Assembly (NCBI GenBank): GCA_965205485.1 | Contig: OZ242180.1 | Span: forward strand, 1,760,001-1,824,000 | DNA length: 64,000 nt | Direction: 5' to 3' | Source of the DNA: Candidatus Latescibacterota bacterium | Lineage (GTDB): Bacteria; Latescibacterota; UBA2968; GCA-2709665 | Shown: one piece after another, positions 60,298-64,000 of the stretch | How the letters are laid out: each line of letters starts with the position of its first letter | Position numbering within the stretch: the first letter of the stretch is position 1 | The notes under the pieces: generated by a model | What the model was told of the DNA's origin: nothing | Databases searched by the model: none | Seen by the model: the letters and a program-made list of their open reading frames with translations, nothing else | Program-made: the position numbers and the translations under genes

Positions 60298-61818
60298 ATG
60301 TACATCTGGATACGCGGAGCCATTGTTGCGTCGCTCGTTACTGGCATGTTTTGTGGGTGCGGCGGCGAAAGCAGGATGCCGTCGCTCGCGCCGGAGACGG
60401 AAGATCGGGTTGCAAAGCCGCTGGGTAAACTGGCTTCAGGCGGGAATCAGGCGTTAGCGGTCGTAGTGGCCCGGGTGATGCAGGGTCAAACGCCGGTCAG
60501 CGGCGTTTCCGTCGAAATCGGCAGAGCCGTTTCGGGAAGGACGGCGGAATACGAATGGTCGGGTGCAACCAACGCGCGCGGCCAGGCAAGGATTGAGATC
60601 GCCGGGAACCGGGTGACGGGTTACTACCGCGCGAGGGCGATGCGTGGCGGAAGCGTGCTAGGATTGTGGTCGAGCATTCCCGTTAACGGCGACCATGAAA
60701 CGACCGTCGCATTGCCGGTTGGCGGCAATGCGCGCACGGCGGGCTCCATAAGGCTGGCCCCCGGCGGTCTCCCCGAAGAGATTGCCATTGGCGTCGTTCT
60801 GCCCTTGACGGGACCGCAGACCCGTTACGGATTACCGGCAAGAGACGGCTTTGAACTCGCCCGGGAGGAGATCAACAACTCGTCCAGGCTCGGCGGCGCC
60901 GGCATCAACTTCCTTATCGAGGATTCCCGGGGCACGGCCGAAGGCGCCGTTGACGCATTCAACAAACTGATCGATCGGGACGGCGTGTCCGCCATACTCG
61001 GTCCCGTGATTTCAACGGCCGCCCGGGAGGCGTTTCCCATTGCCGAGCGAAACGAGGTAATCGCGTTCAGTTCAATCTCGACGGCGGCGGGCCTGAGCGC
61101 GATCGGCGATTATATATTCCGCGCCGGCCTGAACGTCAACGCGCTGTTGCCCGGCCCCGTCAGGGAGACGCATGAGAAACTGAGGTATCGGAGGGTGGCG
61201 ACGATTGTCGATGAAACCGATGTCTTTTCGAAGAGCAGCGACGAGACGATCAGAAGAACGCTATCCGGGATCGAGGTTGAAATCCTGGCGACTGAGACGA
61301 TTGCCACGGGCGATACCACGTTTAGCGAACAGTTGACGCGTATCAAGGCGTTGAATCCGCACGCCGTCTTTGTCTCTGCCCTGGGCGCCGAACAATCCAG
61401 GATACTGATCCAGGCGCGCGAAGCCGGTATCGGCGCAAATATCCCCTTCCTGGTTCCTGTAATGACCGCGGTGGAAGTTGAGGCTGCGGGCGATGCCGCT
61501 GAGGGCGCCATTTCTTTTGTCAGCTGGTCAAGCGCCGCCGAAACGCCCGGAAATGAGACCTTTGTGGCGAACTATCTCGCGAGATACGGTTCCGAACCAA
61601 GCACGTGGGCGGCCCAGTCGTACGCCGCCCTCTACATAATCGCGGAGGCCATCTCCCGGGCCGGGTCAACCGATTCGGGCGCAATTCGAGGCGCGATGGC
61701 CGGTACGCGGGATCTGGATACGGTACTGGGCTCGTTTTCCTTCGACGACAGCGGTGATGCGGTTTACGACCCGGTGGTGCTGATCGTCAGAGACGGCGAG
61801 TTGGCAGTCTTCGAATAA
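60298..61818 (+). CDS. Lipoprotein: shared unnamed domain + LivJ/K-like binding domain (paralog 5)
   Basis: FCGC lipobox-like; same architecture as paralog 1. Confidence 0.88.
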   Translation: MYIWIRGAIVASLVTGMFCGCGGESRMPSLAPETEDRVAKPLGKLASGGNQALAVVVARVMQGQTPVSGVSVEIGRAVSGRTAEYEWSGATNARGQARIEIAGNRVTGYYRARAMRGGSVLGLWSSIPVNGDHETTVALPVGGNARTAGSIRLAPGGLPEEIAIGVVLPLTGPQTRYGLPARDGFELAREEINNSSRLGGAGINFLIEDSRGTAEGAVDAFNKLIDRDGVSAILGPVISTAAREAFPIAERNEVIAFSSISTAAGLSAIGDYIFRAGLNVNALLPGPVRETHEKLRYRRVATIVDETDVFSKSSDETIRRTLSGIEVEILATETIATGDTTFSEQLTRIKALNPHAVFVSALGAEQSRILIQAREAGIGANIPFLVPVMTAVEVEAAGDAAEGAISFVSWSSAAETPGNETFVANYLARYGSEPSTWAAQSYAALYIIAEAISRAGSTDSGAIRGAMAGTRDLDTVLGSFSFDDSGDAVYDPVVLIVRDGELAVFE

Positions 61819-61849
61819 GGGCCGGCAACTGACCGAAGGTTTCCGGTAC

Positions 61850-62236
61850 TTATCCGCCAACCTGCGCGATTCGCTTTACGATCCACTCAACGTAGGCTTT
61901 ACGGGTCATACCTCGTCTTCGCGACTCGCCGTCAATAAAGGCCGCAACGCCCTCGTCCAGGGTCATATGGGCGCGGACGTTGCGGCCTGTTACGCGGATT
62001 AACGGGACCGACACAAGCGTATTCCCGCGCGGAACTTCCAACTGCTCGAAAGCACTCGGCAGCGGGATCTTCCCACCGTCCTTCTCGGCCTCGATTGCGT
62101 ATTCGCGAAGGGCTTCTTCGGCGTTCACCAGCGCCTCGTCGACGGTGTTTCCCATAGTGACGATTCCGGGAAGGTCGGGAAACGTAACCCCATAGGCGCC
62201 TTTTTCGCCATCGATTAACGCAGGGTATCGATCCAT
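61850..62236 (-). CDS. hicB: Orphan HicB-family antitoxin
   Basis: YPALID...YGVTFPDLPG..TMG.TVDEAL.NA.EAL...P.PS motif; C-terminal RHH-like segment. Confidence 0.88.
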   Translation of the reverse strand: MDRYPALIDGEKGAYGVTFPDLPGIVTMGNTVDEALVNAEEALREYAIEAEKDGGKIPLPSAFEQLEVPRGNTLVSVPLIRVTGRNVRAHMTLDEGVAAFIDGESRRRGMTRKAYVEWIVKRIAQVGG

Positions 62237-62511
62237 ATTCCGGTTCTCCTTCCGTCCCTTTCAAGGAGGCGCTTGATGCGAATCGTTGTGGTTTGCAATT
62301 CTGCTTCCCGCTTGTTATATATATGCCCGTTTCCCTGGGAAATGTCAACTCATTTAGTGCAAATAAATGAACTTTCCCAATCCTGACTCTCAGCGTAAAT
62401 TCGAAAAAAGACAACACTAAGGCGAAATCCCCTAGAGCGAACGAAGAACAGTGAGACGACACCATAGAATCCGATAACAAAAAGAACAACGGCGAGTGCG
62501 GCGGTCTTCAG

Positions 62512-63912
62512 ATGTCCCCCGAGGCGATGCTCGACCTCGCGCGTAACGCCGCCGAACTCCTGGTTGCCCGTTTCGCGAATCTACCGGCGGAAGGCGCCTG
62601 GGACGGTGAATTTCGCCGGGAACTGGATGACCGTCTGATGGCGCCGCCGCCGGAAGATGGACGCCCCGCGGTGGAGGTGATGGAGCAGGCCGCGAAGGAC
62701 ATTCTTCCCGTGGCGACCCGGCTCGATCATCCACGGTGCTTCGGTTTCATCCCGTCGTCCACCACCTGGCCGGGCGTGCTTGCCGACTTTCTGGCAGCGG
62801 GGTACAACAATAACGTCTGCACCTGGCTGGTTGCCAGTGGCCCGAGCCAGCTTGAACTGGTGGTCATTGACTGGCTGCGAAACTGGATCGGCTATCCGGA
62901 AAGCGCCGGCGGCCTGCTCACGAGCGGCGGCTCGGCCGCCAGTCTGGACGCATTCGTGGCGGCGCGTGAAGCGGCCGGAAATGCGGACCGGCCGACCGTG
63001 TATATGTGCGACCAGAGCCACAGCGCGCATATACGTGCGGCGAGGATCGTGGGTGTGCGTCCGGAGCGTATTCGAATGATCGCCAGCGACGAGCGGTTCC
63101 GGCTGGACATGAACGCGCTGGCGCGGTCCGTGGCCGAGGACCGTGCGGCGGGCTTCAACCCGATTGCGGTTTGCGCCAACGCCGGAACCAGCAGCACCGG
63201 CGCGATAGACCCCCTGGAGGCGATGGCGGATTACTGCGAGGCGGAAGGCATCTGGCTGCACGTGGATGCGGCGTACGGCGGTTTTGCGGCGGTAACCGAG
63301 CGGGGCAAGCGTCTCCTGAAGGGGATCGCGCGCGCCGACTCGGTCGGCCTGGACGCCCACAAGTGGTTCTTCCAGCCCTACGAGGCGGGATGCCTCCTGG
63401 TGAAGGACGCCGGCGCCCTCGAGCGCGCATTCGCCGTGCACCCTGATATCCTGCAGGATACGGTGTGGGGTACGAACCATCCGAATATCGCGGACCGGGG
63501 CTTGCAGTTGAGCCGGTCCATGCGCGCACTGAAGATCTGGATGTCGGTACAGACGTTCGGGATGGCGGCGTTCCGGTGCGCGATATCGAGAGGGATGGAG
63601 CTTGCGATTCGCGCCGGTGAGTACGTGGAGGAGAATGAGAACCTGGAACTCGTGACGCCCGTGTCGCTGGGCGTGGTATGTTTTCGTGTGAATCCCCGCA
63701 GCGGGGAACTGGACGAGGCGTCCCTGGAGGAAATCAACAGAACGGTGCTTGCACGCGTGTTCTGGGAAGATCGTGCGTTTTTTTCTTCAACGCTTCTGCA
63801 CGGGACGTTTTCGCTGAGGCTGTGTATCATCAACCACAACACCACGTGGGAAGACGTCCGGGAAACCCTTGACACCGCAGAACGTTTCGGGATGGAGGCC
63901 TTGAAGCATTAG
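62512..63912 (+). CDS. Group II PLP-dependent amino acid decarboxylase (AADC-like)
   Basis: HPRCFGFIP, SGGS, AGT..TGAIDPL, WLHVDAAYGG and DAHKW motifs. Confidence 0.92.
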   Translation: MSPEAMLDLARNAAELLVARFANLPAEGAWDGEFRRELDDRLMAPPPEDGRPAVEVMEQAAKDILPVATRLDHPRCFGFIPSSTTWPGVLADFLAAGYNNNVCTWLVASGPSQLELVVIDWLRNWIGYPESAGGLLTSGGSAASLDAFVAAREAAGNADRPTVYMCDQSHSAHIRAARIVGVRPERIRMIASDERFRLDMNALARSVAEDRAAGFNPIAVCANAGTSSTGAIDPLEAMADYCEAEGIWLHVDAAYGGFAAVTERGKRLLKGIARADSVGLDAHKWFFQPYEAGCLLVKDAGALERAFAVHPDILQDTVWGTNHPNIADRGLQLSRSMRALKIWMSVQTFGMAAFRCAISRGMELAIRAGEYVEENENLELVTPVSLGVVCFRVNPRSGELDEASLEEINRTVLARVFWEDRAFFSSTLLHGTFSLRLCIINHNTTWEDVRETLDTAERFGMEALKH

Positions 63913-63966
63913 AGTGCGCCACGGGGCCGCGGGTCATACGATTACCGTACGGATTGGTGAACGCGT

Positions 63967-64000
63967 TGTTCTGTCACGGAAATAAGTTGCCAAAATTCGA
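63967..64000. mobile_element. MITE family 1, copy 4 (cut by window edge)
   Basis: TGTTCTGTCACGGAAATAAGTTGCCAAAATTCGA matches the start of copy 2. Confidence 0.7.

Noticed and set aside
53778..61818. Diversity-generating retroelement or invertible shufflon behind the lipoprotein array
   Set aside because: No reverse transcriptase, recombinase or template/variable repeat pair; divergence is spread along the genes

Overview
GC-rich bacterial window with no rRNA, tRNA or CRISPR array detected. A FlgD-Ig/T9SS-like C-terminal domain, a dockerin-like tail and four PhyH-family genes suggest an FCB-group organism such as Latescibacterota, possibly host-associated (inference only). Layout: (1) 0.7-15.5 kb, minus strand: a cobalamin-riboswitch-led uptake/salvage locus (btuF, btuB, beta-propeller, cbiZ, cbiB, btuD, btuC). 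It is interrupted by an IS1182 inside a composite repeat, a secreted double-Cache protein and a hicBA pair. (2) 15.5-32 kb: an accessory zone of toxin-antitoxin genes, orphan antitoxins, MITEs, an attC-like site, methyltransferases, a DUF2188 + TIR/NDT-like pair and PhyH dioxygenases. (3) 32-42.6 kb: catabolic enzymes, cinA and glycosidase-like genes. (4) 42.8-53.3 kb: transport genes, including a porin-SBP-HAMP-MFS module and an NCS2 permease with a kinase-like tail. (5) 53.8-61.8 kb: five tandem orphan solute-binding lipoproteins, followed by a PLP decarboxylase. The most striking observation is a ~95-aa domain I cannot name. It occurs in all five lipoproteins and again in the secreted Cache protein about 50 kb away. 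Several single-base frameshifts may be assembly errors. All product calls come from motif recognition by eye; no searches were run.
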